From the IMG/VR virus record IMGVR_UViG_3300044846_000637, positions 1 to 63,444 of that record: a DNA stretch of 63,444 nt; one strand, 5' to 3'. A program made the position numbers and the translations under genes. The notes below the pieces were generated by a model, which saw only the letters and a program-made list of their open reading frames with translations, was not told where the DNA came from and did no database searches. The stretch comes from a virus. Lineage: Duplodnaviria; Caudoviricetes. This document shows positions 18,249 to 28,235 of the stretch, in pieces. Numbering within the stretch: position 1 is the first letter of the stretch; every line of letters starts with the position of its first letter.

Positions 18249-21200
18249 GGCTTAACTTCGTACGCCTCAAACATGTTCAAGAGGTTGCGTTTTACAAGGT
18301 TCTGCGCCTGAACAGTGTTTTTCACAAGCTCACTACGCTCTTTAGGTGTCAGCCCTTGCATGCGGCGGTAGACGTTTGCTTGTTCCCGCAGGTCGCGTAG
18401 TGTCCCGTTGACTTGTTTGTCGTACGAATTAACCAACGCTATATGCAGGGGGTTGTCTTCTACGTAATCAACGTACCGGTCGGGGCTTTTGGCCTTAAGC
18501 GAGTTAAGTCTTTTCTTTATGTCCAAAATTTTATTCTCAACATTTGAGAACTCACGAGCGTCTATGTTGGACGGAGCGCCAAAGAAGCTATCAAACATAA
18601 CAGTGTCGGTCTTTGGATTGAACTCTTTGTCCCCCGCAGCTACCATACCAATGTTCATTGCGCCAGCGCCCAGACGGGATACGCCATCCAGATAGTTGTT
18701 AGCAAAGAAATAAAGCGTATTTGGGCTTATGTCGATACCACCAGTCGTGGCTTCATACAACGCGCGTGCCGCAGACTTATACATTTCAGGGATGTTGTCA
18801 CCCCCTGTGTACGCATCACCAAATCGTGACTGACGGTTGTTGTAAATCTCACGGCCCAGACCATCCAAGTTCATAGTCCACTCAAGGAAGGGGCGCAAAA
18901 CGCTCGGCAATGCTGAGTCCATCAACCACGCGGCTGGCTGATCCATAGGATTGATACGCGAGACAGGCAAAGGCAGGAACGAGTCCATGCCAATAAGTGC
19001 CGTGTTAGTCAGCGCATCTTTTATAGATGTATTACCCATGCCGACAGAAGCCATTTGCGCCCCCGCCGCTGCAAACGCACCAAGACCAAAGCCCCAAGGC
19101 ATCTGGAATATGACATCCTTACCCAGTATTTCAAAATGGAATCGTGCGTAGCGCGACCAACGCGATGCGTCATCAGTAGCCACTTTGTTGCGCCCTTGAT
19201 CGTCATCGTCAGCCAACATGTAGGCCATACCATAGATCGCTGCCCCCATACCCAACAACCCCAGAGTCATAGCTTTAGCAGCATCGTGCTGTTTCTTGTA
19301 CTCGGCTTTGAATTTCTTTACAGCTTCTTTGTCATTACGCACACTCAAAGGCAGATCGGCCATTGCTGATTCTTCGCCACGGAACATAGGTTCCAACGCC
19401 TCAACCGCGCGAACAGCGCCAGTAGCAGCGGGCCGGAAGAACATGAACATTGCACCAGCAGCGCGGCCCCACTCGCCCACTTGTTCAAAGTTAGCCAGAT
19501 TCTTTGCGTAGCCAGCGGCTTTCTTAGACGCCTCACTCGCGCTCATACCTTGCGCCGTGAACTGCGACTTAGTGATCTCATACGCAGCAGTACGGCTAGC
19601 CAATTCAAACATGTCGTTCCAGATGTCTAGAACCTTATTGACAGCAGCCCCGGCCTTTTGCAGCTTGTTGCTAGAAAGATCGCGCTGAAGTTCTTGCTGT
19701 TGCGACTTGGAAGAGATTCCCTGCAAGTACGACACCTTACCGCCGATTTGGATGTACTCGTACATCGCGGCGATATATGGGTCCTTCTTGGCCAGACGTG
19801 CGATCTCGTCAAACTTACCAGTCTCATACAGACGGGCAACCTTTAGAGCCTTGAACATGCCACCGTTTACCACTTTGGCAGCAACAGCACCAATGTATTG
19901 CGCAGCAACTTTGGGCCCCATTTCAGCGCCCAACATAAAGGCGTTGGTCAGCGCATCGCGCACAAAGTTCATTGGAGCAAATGCCACGTTGTAGCGCGTG
20001 TGCATCTGACCCATCTTGCTAGTCAACCAGTTCAGCCCGTCAATCAACGGTTGAGAATCTTGATAAGTGCGCTTGATAGCTTCGCGCTGGTCTCTGTCGC
20101 TCAACTGAATGACATCAATCGTGCCGTCCGGGTTGTAATGGAACACAAAGTTTGGGCCGGTTATCGGTACTTCGTTGTTGTCGATCTTGACCGTCATGTT
20201 TGGAATACGCTGGCGGTCTGCAAACGGGATGTTTTTAGCCACCACGGAGCCATACAACAGCTTGTCTTCAACCGCATTCATGATGGACAGAGTTACGTCC
20301 TTGCGTCCAGCACGCATGGCGGCTCGCGTGGCATCCACCATAGACTGAATCAAAGAGTTATCGGCCTCAGTCTCACGACCTTCAAACGGATTCTGGGATT
20401 CCTGATAGTCCTTACCGGTGCGGGGGCCGCTGAAATCCAACAGCTCGTCATTTTTTCCAATGTAGTGTTGTCTACCTTTAAGGGGGATGTAGTTTTCCCA
20501 GCCATAAAAGTCCACAACGCTTTGCACAGGCTTAGACCAGTAGTTGGATTCTTTATCCAACTCACGCGTGGCTTTATGTAGCCCTTGCATCGCCTTCATT
20601 GCAGCGTCTACTACGCCTTTGACTTCTGGGGTGTAAAGGTCTTTTTTAAGTTGCTCAATCACTGCGGGGGAGTGTTCACCTACTACGTTGTAATCTTTGG
20701 AGTCGCGGTCAACAGATGTATAGCCGCTTGGTTCAGCGCCGTTGATACCCGAAAAACCCGTGGGGTCAGCGTACTTGGCCACAACATCGTTCAGCGTAGT
20801 ACGTAATTCTTTGATCTGACTTACGTTCAGCTTACCAGAGAAGACGGCGTCCATTGCGCGAATACGGAACTCAGAAGGAGCAATGTTAAGAGTAGTGCCC
20901 CCCGGCAGTGTGATGGCTTGCTTGTCTTTGTTCAGCGGTACATTGAGCATGTACTTCACATCACGGCGCTCACCCTCGTGCATCGCCATTCCAATGACGT
21001 GCAAGTCACGCGCGGCTTCCTCAATCGTTTTGCCTGTTTTCTTTGCGTAGTCATTGATTGCTTCGCGCAGTTTGGCAGCGGACGGCTCAACACGAGTAAG
21101 GAATAAATCTCGCGCAATACCAGAAGACCGCACGATTGAGTTGTAGACCGCGTTTATTTTTGGGCCGTCAAAAATAACCTTACCGGCACGCACGGCAGCG

Positions 21201-24200
21201 TCTTCAAGACGTTTGATAGCGTCACGGCTGTTCTGAAACTTCTTCTTAAGAAGGTTGTACGCTTTGCGAGTCGTGTATTGTTCCCGAATCTTAGAGACCG
21301 TGGACAGCGTAGGTAGCGCGTTACTCTTAAGAACGTCTTCAGTAGTCGAAGATAAATCTTCCGCTTTTTTCCGTTGCTGTTTTGCAGGTAGTGGGGCGCG
21401 TTCAATCCGTTCTGTGGACGGAGTGGCGATTGACTCAAACGCTTGAAAGATTTCAAGCAACGCACTGCGCGCTTCGTAGTTGGTTTTCTGTCCCTGAAAC
21501 ATCTTATTGGTCAGGCCAAGGACGCCAAGCACGCTGTTCATAAATTCAGACCATGCTGATTTTATTTCAGGCAGGATCGTCGGCAAGGTAACTATCTTGT
21601 TCCCTTGTTTAGCGTCTAATTTGACGTTATCCAAAGCTTCTTGGAAAAATTTATCTGTCAACGCATAAGACACAAACTCAAGCAAGTTTTCAAACGCATC
21701 GGGGTAGCTGTCCCCCAACGTGTCACTTGCGCGGTCCATCAAATCCTCAAGCATCTCAGCAGCTTCGATCTGTGCCTCAGTCAACCCTTTGAGGTTGCCC
21801 TTCTCATACTGGTCGAGCACTTTGACGGTAGCGGCGTGCACAAACTCGTGCAGCAGAATCGCATCGGTTAGACCTTCTGCCGTTACATAGATAGTGTCGG
21901 TCTTAGGGTCGTACTCAGCAAGACGACCTTTAGGCAGATTTTCTACGTACTCAATTTTGGTCTTCAGCTTAAGGTTAAAAATTACTTGCGCAATTGCACG
22001 CTGCAACTTGTTCTTAGCTTGCGTACGCAGGTAGTTCAGCACGTTCTCAGTGTTACCAGCTTTGACTTGTTTAGCCGCCTCGCTAGGTATAAATGCGTCA
22101 CGCTTGATGCGTTCAACGGGAGAGGTAGGGCCATCTCCTTCTTCCGCCTTACGTTGATTTTGTTTACGCTGCTCTTGCGCCGCTGCAATTTCGTTTTGAG
22201 CTTTCTCGTAGGACTTGAGCTCAGTCTCTTGCAGCGCGGATTTTTCGTCTGTTCTTTGCGCACCCCTACGTTCACTGATTGAACGCGCTAGATTGCCAAA
22301 CGCCGCGTCAATGTTCTCTACAGTAGGGTCGATGGTCTTGCCGTTCTTCTTACGGTACTTCAGGTCTTGTTTAAACTTAGCTTTTTCATCGGCAGTAAGT
22401 TCAGAGTATGGTGGCAGTGACAAGCCTGTCTTTTTGTTGTACGCAGTGCGCTGTGTCTCGTAGAGACCTTCTTCACGGTTGCCTTTTACTTCGCCAGTTG
22501 ATGTACGCTCTTTTCTAGCGGTGTAGCGATTCAACGCTTCCAGCGCTTTTTGACGCCCCAACGGAGTAATTTGACCAAGCTCGTTGGTGGTCAGATTATC
22601 AAGGTACACACGCTTCTGATCAGCAGTCAGCCGGTCCCACTCACGCAACTGCTCACGCTTTGCATTCAGTGCGTCAAGCGTTGCCTTCAACTGCGCCGCG
22701 CGTTCGGCTTCTGGCACTACATCTGTATCTTGCTCGCGCTTGAGCACGCTGTCTGAGTCAACGCCGTTGCGCTCCAGCATCTCTTCAAGTGCGCCAAGCT
22801 TCTCGCCTTCCCAGCCGAACTGTGGCGACAAGTTACCCTTCTCGGCTTCTTCAATGAAGTTTTGCGCGTCGTCATCGTAGACAACGGTTTTGCGTTCTTC
22901 ATTAAACTTCTCACCAATCCGTTTTTCAGTTTCAGCAAGTTGAGCATCTATTTCGTCTTGCTGGATGTCACGCAGATCAATCCCCAACGCTTCAGCTTGT
23001 ACCTTGCGTTTGTTAAGAAGTTCTTGGCGCGGCTCAGTTATTGTTGTTCCGGTTGCTGCTTGCGGTTTTTTCGGTTTTGTTTCGACGGTTTCAGCGGTTT
23101 TAGTGCCACTTGTGGTCTCCGTTGGTTGGATTATTGCAGGGGTTGTTGATCCTTCTCCCGTAGCAGACACTGTAGCATCCGTTCCAGTAGAAACCACTCC
23201 ATCTCGTTTAAGTGTTTCAGTTCCTGCGGTGGTGGAAAGTTCGTCGGCTGTAGGTGCAGATATTGCAGCGCCGACTCCATCTGCGTCTGTGTCAGGTCCT
23301 GTAACATCTTCTTCTCCGGTAGGAGGTGCTTGGGTGAGCGCATCGATCTGTGCTTTTACTTTCTTTTGCTTTTGCCTTTTATTGTTCAGCAAGCCCCGCT
23401 CTTTGTTAGTCAAGCTAACACCACGAGCCTCCATCTCTTTGATTTCAGCTTCGCGTTTGTCGTAGTCAGCCTGCAACGCTTCCGCGTCTGGGCTAGTTTG
23501 TGGTGCGGGCTTGTCAGCAAAAAGATCGGCAAGAGAAGTAATGGCAGTTTCTTGTTCTTGGGTAGGGGTAGTCGTCTGATCTTGTTGCTGAGTAGTGTCA
23601 GTCGTCTGATCAACGCTAGTTTGGATATCTCTTGTAGGAGCGCGACCAGCCAGCAAACCAGCGCCACCACCCATACCAGCAGCGCCCAACGTGGCCATGG
23701 CAGCAGTTTGGCCCGTACCTGCCAGTAATTCGCGGTCGAGGCCAGCTTGCTGAGCAGCAACGTTTTGCGCAACGCGCCCGCCAACCTCTTCAATGTTCTC
23801 GCCGGGAATTTCTTTGAGACCAGTTACAACGCCTGTACCGATGCGGCCACCAGTAATCTTCTTACCAGCCAGAATTTCTTCCAATGCTTTACCACCGGGT
23901 AGGAATCTGTTGGCCAAGACAGACAGACCATATCCCGCTACACCCGCAGCCCGCGCCTTGTTAATAGTCTCTGCCGCTGCGCGTTCAGGAGACATCCCCG
24001 AGTCTGTAAGTTCTTTGAAAATTTCGTCGTATGCACCAGCACCTACATCAGCACCCTGCATTACAGCGCCAGTCTGAATAGCAGCGGTAGTACCAGCCTT
24101 GACAGCCTTCTGGGTAGCCAAACGCTTAGCAGCTTCTTCCGCTGCACCGCGCGCAGCGGCTGCGCTCATCACGCCCCGCTTGGCGATATAGCCAGCACCG

Positions 24201-24673
24201 CCGCCAGCCAAAATCATTGGTATGAGTTGAGGTACTTGTTCTGCGAGGAAGCTAGTGAGCAAAGCTGGGTCTGTAATTGTTTCTCCGAGGGCGGCCTTGA
24301 ACGCAGCAAACTGACCTTCTTTTTCGGCTTCTTCCACCTTTGTGGTACGAGCAGCTTCACGGGCCTTCAGACCCTTAGACTTCATTTCTTCACCGTATTT
24401 GGTGATGTCTTCCCCGAGACCCAATGAGCCAGTCTTAGAGAAATCGCCCGTGGCTAGACCGTAGAGCTGCCCCGGCAGTTGAACAAGGCTACCAACACCA
24501 GAAACGATGCCAGCACCAACGTCTTTAAAGGCTTCGCCAGTTGTACGTTCTGTAGACGGGGCCTGCGCTACGCTTTGCCTATGCGTGTAGTTTGCCCACT
24601 GCCAAGCTGTGTTGGGGTCCGGAGCGTCTACTTCGTATGTTTTACCACCAACATCTACTTCGTATGTGGGCAT
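18245..24673 (-). CDS. Large polyvalent internal virion protein (zincin MPTase-like + C-terminal LPD38-like)
   Basis: 2142 aa; LAEYDP..DTIYV...LLHEFVHAAT...EFVSYA zincin motif; Gly/Ala-rich N-terminus; C-terminal region resembles LPD38; last gene of the structural arm. Confidence 0.75.
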   Translation of the reverse strand: MPTYEVDVGGKTYEVDAPDPNTAWQWANYTHRQSVAQAPSTERTTGEAFKDVGAGIVSGVGSLVQLPGQLYGLATGDFSKTGSLGLGEDITKYGEEMKSKGLKAREAARTTKVEEAEKEGQFAAFKAALGETITDPALLTSFLAEQVPQLIPMILAGGGAGYIAKRGVMSAAAARGAAEEAAKRLATQKAVKAGTTAAIQTGAVMQGADVGAGAYDEIFKELTDSGMSPERAAAETINKARAAGVAGYGLSVLANRFLPGGKALEEILAGKKITGGRIGTGVVTGLKEIPGENIEEVGGRVAQNVAAQQAGLDRELLAGTGQTAAMATLGAAGMGGGAGLLAGRAPTRDIQTSVDQTTDTTQQQDQTTTPTQEQETAITSLADLFADKPAPQTSPDAEALQADYDKREAEIKEMEARGVSLTNKERGLLNNKRQKQKKVKAQIDALTQAPPTGEEDVTGPDTDADGVGAAISAPTADELSTTAGTETLKRDGVVSTGTDATVSATGEGSTTPAIIQPTETTSGTKTAETVETKPKKPQAATGTTITEPRQELLNKRKVQAEALGIDLRDIQQDEIDAQLAETEKRIGEKFNEERKTVVYDDDAQNFIEEAEKGNLSPQFGWEGEKLGALEEMLERNGVDSDSVLKREQDTDVVPEAERAAQLKATLDALNAKREQLREWDRLTADQKRVYLDNLTTNELGQITPLGRQKALEALNRYTARKERTSTGEVKGNREEGLYETQRTAYNKKTGLSLPPYSELTADEKAKFKQDLKYRKKNGKTIDPTVENIDAAFGNLARSISERRGAQRTDEKSALQETELKSYEKAQNEIAAAQEQRKQNQRKAEEGDGPTSPVERIKRDAFIPSEAAKQVKAGNTENVLNYLRTQAKNKLQRAIAQVIFNLKLKTKIEYVENLPKGRLAEYDPKTDTIYVTAEGLTDAILLHEFVHAATVKVLDQYEKGNLKGLTEAQIEAAEMLEDLMDRASDTLGDSYPDAFENLLEFVSYALTDKFFQEALDNVKLDAKQGNKIVTLPTILPEIKSAWSEFMNSVLGVLGLTNKMFQGQKTNYEARSALLEIFQAFESIATPSTERIERAPLPAKQQRKKAEDLSSTTEDVLKSNALPTLSTVSKIREQYTTRKAYNLLKKKFQNSRDAIKRLEDAAVRAGKVIFDGPKINAVYNSIVRSSGIARDLFLTRVEPSAAKLREAINDYAKKTGKTIEEAARDLHVIGMAMHEGERRDVKYMLNVPLNKDKQAITLPGGTTLNIAPSEFRIRAMDAVFSGKLNVSQIKELRTTLNDVVAKYADPTGFSGINGAEPSGYTSVDRDSKDYNVVGEHSPAVIEQLKKDLYTPEVKGVVDAAMKAMQGLHKATRELDKESNYWSKPVQSVVDFYGWENYIPLKGRQHYIGKNDELLDFSGPRTGKDYQESQNPFEGRETEADNSLIQSMVDATRAAMRAGRKDVTLSIMNAVEDKLLYGSVVAKNIPFADRQRIPNMTVKIDNNEVPITGPNFVFHYNPDGTIDVIQLSDRDQREAIKRTYQDSQPLIDGLNWLTSKMGQMHTRYNVAFAPMNFVRDALTNAFMLGAEMGPKVAAQYIGAVAAKVVNGGMFKALKVARLYETGKFDEIARLAKKDPYIAAMYEYIQIGGKVSYLQGISSKSQQQELQRDLSSNKLQKAGAAVNKVLDIWNDMFELASRTAAYEITKSQFTAQGMSASEASKKAAGYAKNLANFEQVGEWGRAAGAMFMFFRPAATGAVRAVEALEPMFRGEESAMADLPLSVRNDKEAVKKFKAEYKKQHDAAKAMTLGLLGMGAAIYGMAYMLADDDDQGRNKVATDDASRWSRYARFHFEILGKDVIFQMPWGFGLGAFAAAGAQMASVGMGNTSIKDALTNTALIGMDSFLPLPVSRINPMDQPAAWLMDSALPSVLRPFLEWTMNLDGLGREIYNNRQSRFGDAYTGGDNIPEMYKSAARALYEATTGGIDISPNTLYFFANNYLDGVSRLGAGAMNIGMVAAGDKEFNPKTDTVMFDSFFGAPSNIDAREFSNVENKILDIKKRLNSLKAKSPDRYVDYVEDNPLHIALVNSYDKQVNGTLRDLREQANVYRRMQGLTPKERSELVKNTVQAQNLVKRNLLNMFEAYEVKP

Positions 24674-24681
24674 TCTTCACC

Positions 24682-26202
24682 TCATTGTTTGAGCCGCACA
24701 GCGTTAGGAGGCGGAGCACCGACAGATTCTACTGGCGCAGCGCTATTTATACCAATCCTTGCGGGATCGATGCTGTTATTCCTTGCTTTGGCCGCAAGTT
24801 TGTCTTCAAGCTCTTTGATTTTTGTAAGAGTCTTGGGTTTTGGATCGGATTGTGTACGGAGCACAGAGAGCATATCCAAGTCAGCTTTGACCCCCGGCAA
24901 GTTTTCAAACTTCTTAAGGAGTTCCATGTCAAGACCGGGCTTTCTACCTTCAGCGTTTTCTTGCACAAGCCTTTGTAGCAGGGCGGCATCTTTAACCTTG
25001 TCCCCCGTTTTTTGGAGGATGAACTGCTGTTCAATTGCGTTAAATGGGCGGTCTGCAATACGGGCTCTGTTAATTCTTTCTTGTGACTCGCGGTTTAGTC
25101 TTTCTGTTTCAATTCTTTGATTACGATCAGCTATAGACTGAGTAGTACTATCTTTAGACACAAGCTGTTGAGAAGCGGAGCGAACCTGATCACCTAACAA
25201 AGAATTCATGGATATGCCATGTTTATTGGCTGTATCTCTAGCTTCCTTCATGTAGGCTTCGTACTTACCCATGTTACCTTCAGCGTAGGCGCGTTTTGCT
25301 TCGTCAACCTTGTTGAGCGCATCAGCCTTAGCTTGCTGGAATTCAAGTTCTTTCATCCGCAAAGCTTGTTCTTGCTGCAACTGTTTAGTATCAGCGCCGG
25401 AGGACAGCTCAGAATAACCGCCGAGGATGGATGCCAGCGCGCTTCTACCCTGCTGGCCGCGAGAGTTCATTGCCGCTTGGCCAAGCAACTGCAAGATACC
25501 GGGCTTAGACTTTGCCAGCTCTTCTTTTTGAAGCGCCAGTTCAGCGCGTCGAGCAGCTTGCAGTTCCTCCAGCCGAGCCATTGCGCTCTGCCCAATTGGC
25601 TCTTTTAAAGCCCCAAGCATCTCTGGATTCTCTTTAATCAGACGCTGTTGACGTTTGAAATAATCTTCTTGCGTAGGGAGTGGTGTTTTTCTTTTGAGTT
25701 CTGCTTCTCGCATCAGTCGTGCGTAAACTTCTCTCTCGTCAGTTGGGAACTCGCCTTCCTTCTCAACCGCTTTATTAACCGAGCCAGCCTCTTGGAACGC
25801 AATGATGCCGCCCGAACGGTAACCGGGACGCAGAGAAGCCAGACCACCAGCGGCCATAGCCTGTGTTTGAGGTTGCGGCTGAGGAACGCCTTGAGGCACT
25901 GGAGCCGCCCCTTGCATGCCTTGCTGAGCCATTCGCTGCATGGCTTGCTGCTGCTGACCTTGCTTGAGAGCCATCACGCCAGCCTGCTGCTCAATCTGAT
26001 CTTTGACGGTGCCGCCGGGTGGTTGGCCAGCCTGCTCCATCTGCGCTCGTTCCATCTCACCCTTGCGGCGGTTCAGCTCACCAAGGGCAAGGTACGGAGG
26101 GACTTGCGGGTTCTGGCCGTTGGCGTACGCCGTCAACATTTGCATTACACGAGGATCGTTGGGCAGGCTCTTGAGCTTGTCTTGAATTTGAATCAGGTTC
26201 AT
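24682..26202 (-). CDS. Putative internal virion / ejection protein
   Basis: Q/A-rich helical protein with MAAGGL and YRSGGIIAF motifs; position in the ejection cluster. Confidence 0.65.
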   Translation of the reverse strand: MNLIQIQDKLKSLPNDPRVMQMLTAYANGQNPQVPPYLALGELNRRKGEMERAQMEQAGQPPGGTVKDQIEQQAGVMALKQGQQQQAMQRMAQQGMQGAAPVPQGVPQPQPQTQAMAAGGLASLRPGYRSGGIIAFQEAGSVNKAVEKEGEFPTDEREVYARLMREAELKRKTPLPTQEDYFKRQQRLIKENPEMLGALKEPIGQSAMARLEELQAARRAELALQKEELAKSKPGILQLLGQAAMNSRGQQGRSALASILGGYSELSSGADTKQLQQEQALRMKELEFQQAKADALNKVDEAKRAYAEGNMGKYEAYMKEARDTANKHGISMNSLLGDQVRSASQQLVSKDSTTQSIADRNQRIETERLNRESQERINRARIADRPFNAIEQQFILQKTGDKVKDAALLQRLVQENAEGRKPGLDMELLKKFENLPGVKADLDMLSVLRTQSDPKPKTLTKIKELEDKLAAKARNNSIDPARIGINSAAPVESVGAPPPNAVRLKQ

Positions 26203-26207
26203 AACAA

Positions 26208-27077
26208 TTAGCCTTCAATGTTTAAACCGAGCGCCTTCAGCGCAGATTTCAGATCGCCAATGCCGGTGTCTTTCAGGAACTTATCCACCCCGCCGGTAGA
26301 GGCAAACAGCTGAGCGATGCCGGACAGCTGAGATGGCGTGTTGGTCACCGAGCCGGTGGGCAGGCCAGAGATCATGTCGCGTTGGAACTGCAACTGCTTG
26401 TAAGGGTAGTCGCGCTGCTGATTGAACTCAGCCAAATCCGCAGCAACGCCTTCGGAGGTGATGCCGCGCTGGATACCGCCGATGTCGGTCATCATCTTGG
26501 CCAAATCACGCCCCTGACCCTGCTCTGTGTTGAACTGGCCCATAGCTTTGTCGTACGCACTTGCGTAGCCTTGGCCAACAGTCTTGTTCATCTCTTGCAT
26601 CAGGTTGCGGTTGTTTTCCGCATTCATGATGGCTTGACGCCCACCACCAAAAGCACCTTGCTGCGTTAGCTTAGAGTTGCCCATCATGTTTGTGATGTCG
26701 TTCTGGCGGCGCAGCTCGGCCATCTGCGGATCAAGCACAGCCTGCAAGTACGGGTTCATGTACTGCTGTGCAATGCCGCCGCCACCAGAGGGTTGACCGT
26801 CCGCGCCAATGGTCGGCGCACCGGCACTTGAAAAGCTCTGACCTAGATTGCCGGGGAACGTCAGGTTGCCGATGCCCTGAAACACTTGGTTCTGGATGTC
26901 AGAAGAACCAGCGGTCAGTGGCCCCTTGTAGGCTTCATAATCTTTTCCGGCAAGTGCCTCGGCCTTGCCAAGGTAGCCCGTGATGTACGGAGAGGCCCAG
27001 TCAGCCAAACCCGCCGTGGAAGTTCCGCCACCCGCCGGGAGGGAGGAACCCAAAGTGCCTGTTGGAGTAGTTGCCAT
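26208..27077 (-). CDS. Putative DNA-transfer (pilot/ejection) protein
   Basis: YMNPY...QGAFGGGRQA motif typical of podovirus injection proteins. Confidence 0.65.
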   Translation of the reverse strand: MATTPTGTLGSSLPAGGGTSTAGLADWASPYITGYLGKAEALAGKDYEAYKGPLTAGSSDIQNQVFQGIGNLTFPGNLGQSFSSAGAPTIGADGQPSGGGGIAQQYMNPYLQAVLDPQMAELRRQNDITNMMGNSKLTQQGAFGGGRQAIMNAENNRNLMQEMNKTVGQGYASAYDKAMGQFNTEQGQGRDLAKMMTDIGGIQRGITSEGVAADLAEFNQQRDYPYKQLQFQRDMISGLPTGSVTNTPSQLSGIAQLFASTGGVDKFLKDTGIGDLKSALKALGLNIEG

Positions 27078-27086
27078 TTTGTTTCC

Positions 27087-28217
27087 TTATGCCATTAAGT
27101 GGCGGTAGGCTTTAGAGTCTTTACCAACCCCAGCTTTTCTGTCGTCACGCAGGATGTCTTCACGCATTTTATCGAGTCTTTCGGCTCCTGCGTCAGTCGA
27201 TCCGTTACCTAAAGCTGCAACGCTGCGGGCGTCAAAGATGTACTCGCCACGCGCAACCTTTGCTGGCTGCCCACCATTAGACATTCCATTGGTAATAACC
27301 GCAGGGATACTGTCGGATACGCCATCGCCGGGACCTTGCAGTAAGCGAGAGATGCCACCACCAGCGGCCATCTTTGGGGTGTACCGGGTTGGCTCAAAGT
27401 AATTGATACCGCCTTGGCCGGAACGGTAGCCCGGAGCGCGTTGCTGCTGGGTGTAGGGCGTTTGTTTCTGCGTGGCTGTAAGTCCGGGGATCACTGTACT
27501 CTGACCGCCGCCACCACCGCCGCCGCTTTTGTTCATAGCCAGAAGAGCAAGCAACAGGGGGAGCAGAGAGCCAAGACCTTTTTCATCCGTCTTTGCGGGG
27601 GTGGTAGGCTTTGCAGGGGTAGTAGGTTTTGCGGGGGTGGCGGGTTTAACGTCGATACCAGCGTCTTTTTTAACCTGTTCACCTGTTTTTGCAGTGTGGC
27701 TTGGTGCCTTATCGGGCGTATAAGTTTTTCCATCTGGCGTGGTCCATGTACCCGTCTTTTTATCGTACGTATACCCGTTCATTGACCCCGTGTTTGTGCC
27801 CGACGTTTTATCTAGAGGCCCAGAAAGCGGGCCATTTGGGTCGCGAATGAACTCGTTGGTTTCTTCGTCGTAATACCCGCGATTACCACTGTCTACCGCA
27901 GCTATGTCCTCAAACGAGCCAAGGTCAGCAAGACTACCAAAGTCAGTATCCATGCCCCCACGGTCCATATTGCCGAAGTCTAGATTCTCAAGGCCAGCAA
28001 GGTCCAAGTTTTCAAGACCCCCGAGGTCCATACCACCAAAGTCCATATTGCCAAAATCTAGATTTTCGAGGCCACTGAGGTCTAGGTTTTCAAGACCACC
28101 AAGGTCCATGCCCCCAAGGTCCATGTTGCCAAAATCCATGTTCTCGATGCCACCAAAGTCCATGCCTCCGGGGTCCATATTGGCGAAGCTGTCAAGGTCG
28201 TAATCAGAATAGTCCAT
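27087..28217 (-). CDS. Putative internal virion protein with low-complexity repeats
   Basis: N-terminal MD(F/L)GG / LENLD repeats, PAKPTT repeats, hydrophobic segment, C-terminal GPGDGVSDSIPA...GEYI..A..V domain. Confidence 0.7.
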   Translation of the reverse strand: MDYSDYDLDSFANMDPGGMDFGGIENMDFGNMDLGGMDLGGLENLDLSGLENLDFGNMDFGGMDLGGLENLDLAGLENLDFGNMDRGGMDTDFGSLADLGSFEDIAAVDSGNRGYYDEETNEFIRDPNGPLSGPLDKTSGTNTGSMNGYTYDKKTGTWTTPDGKTYTPDKAPSHTAKTGEQVKKDAGIDVKPATPAKPTTPAKPTTPAKTDEKGLGSLLPLLLALLAMNKSGGGGGGGQSTVIPGLTATQKQTPYTQQQRAPGYRSGQGGINYFEPTRYTPKMAAGGGISRLLQGPGDGVSDSIPAVITNGMSNGGQPAKVARGEYIFDARSVAALGNGSTDAGAERLDKMREDILRDDRKAGVGKDSKAYRHLMA

Positions 28218-28235
28218 GGCGTTTCCTTTTGTTCG

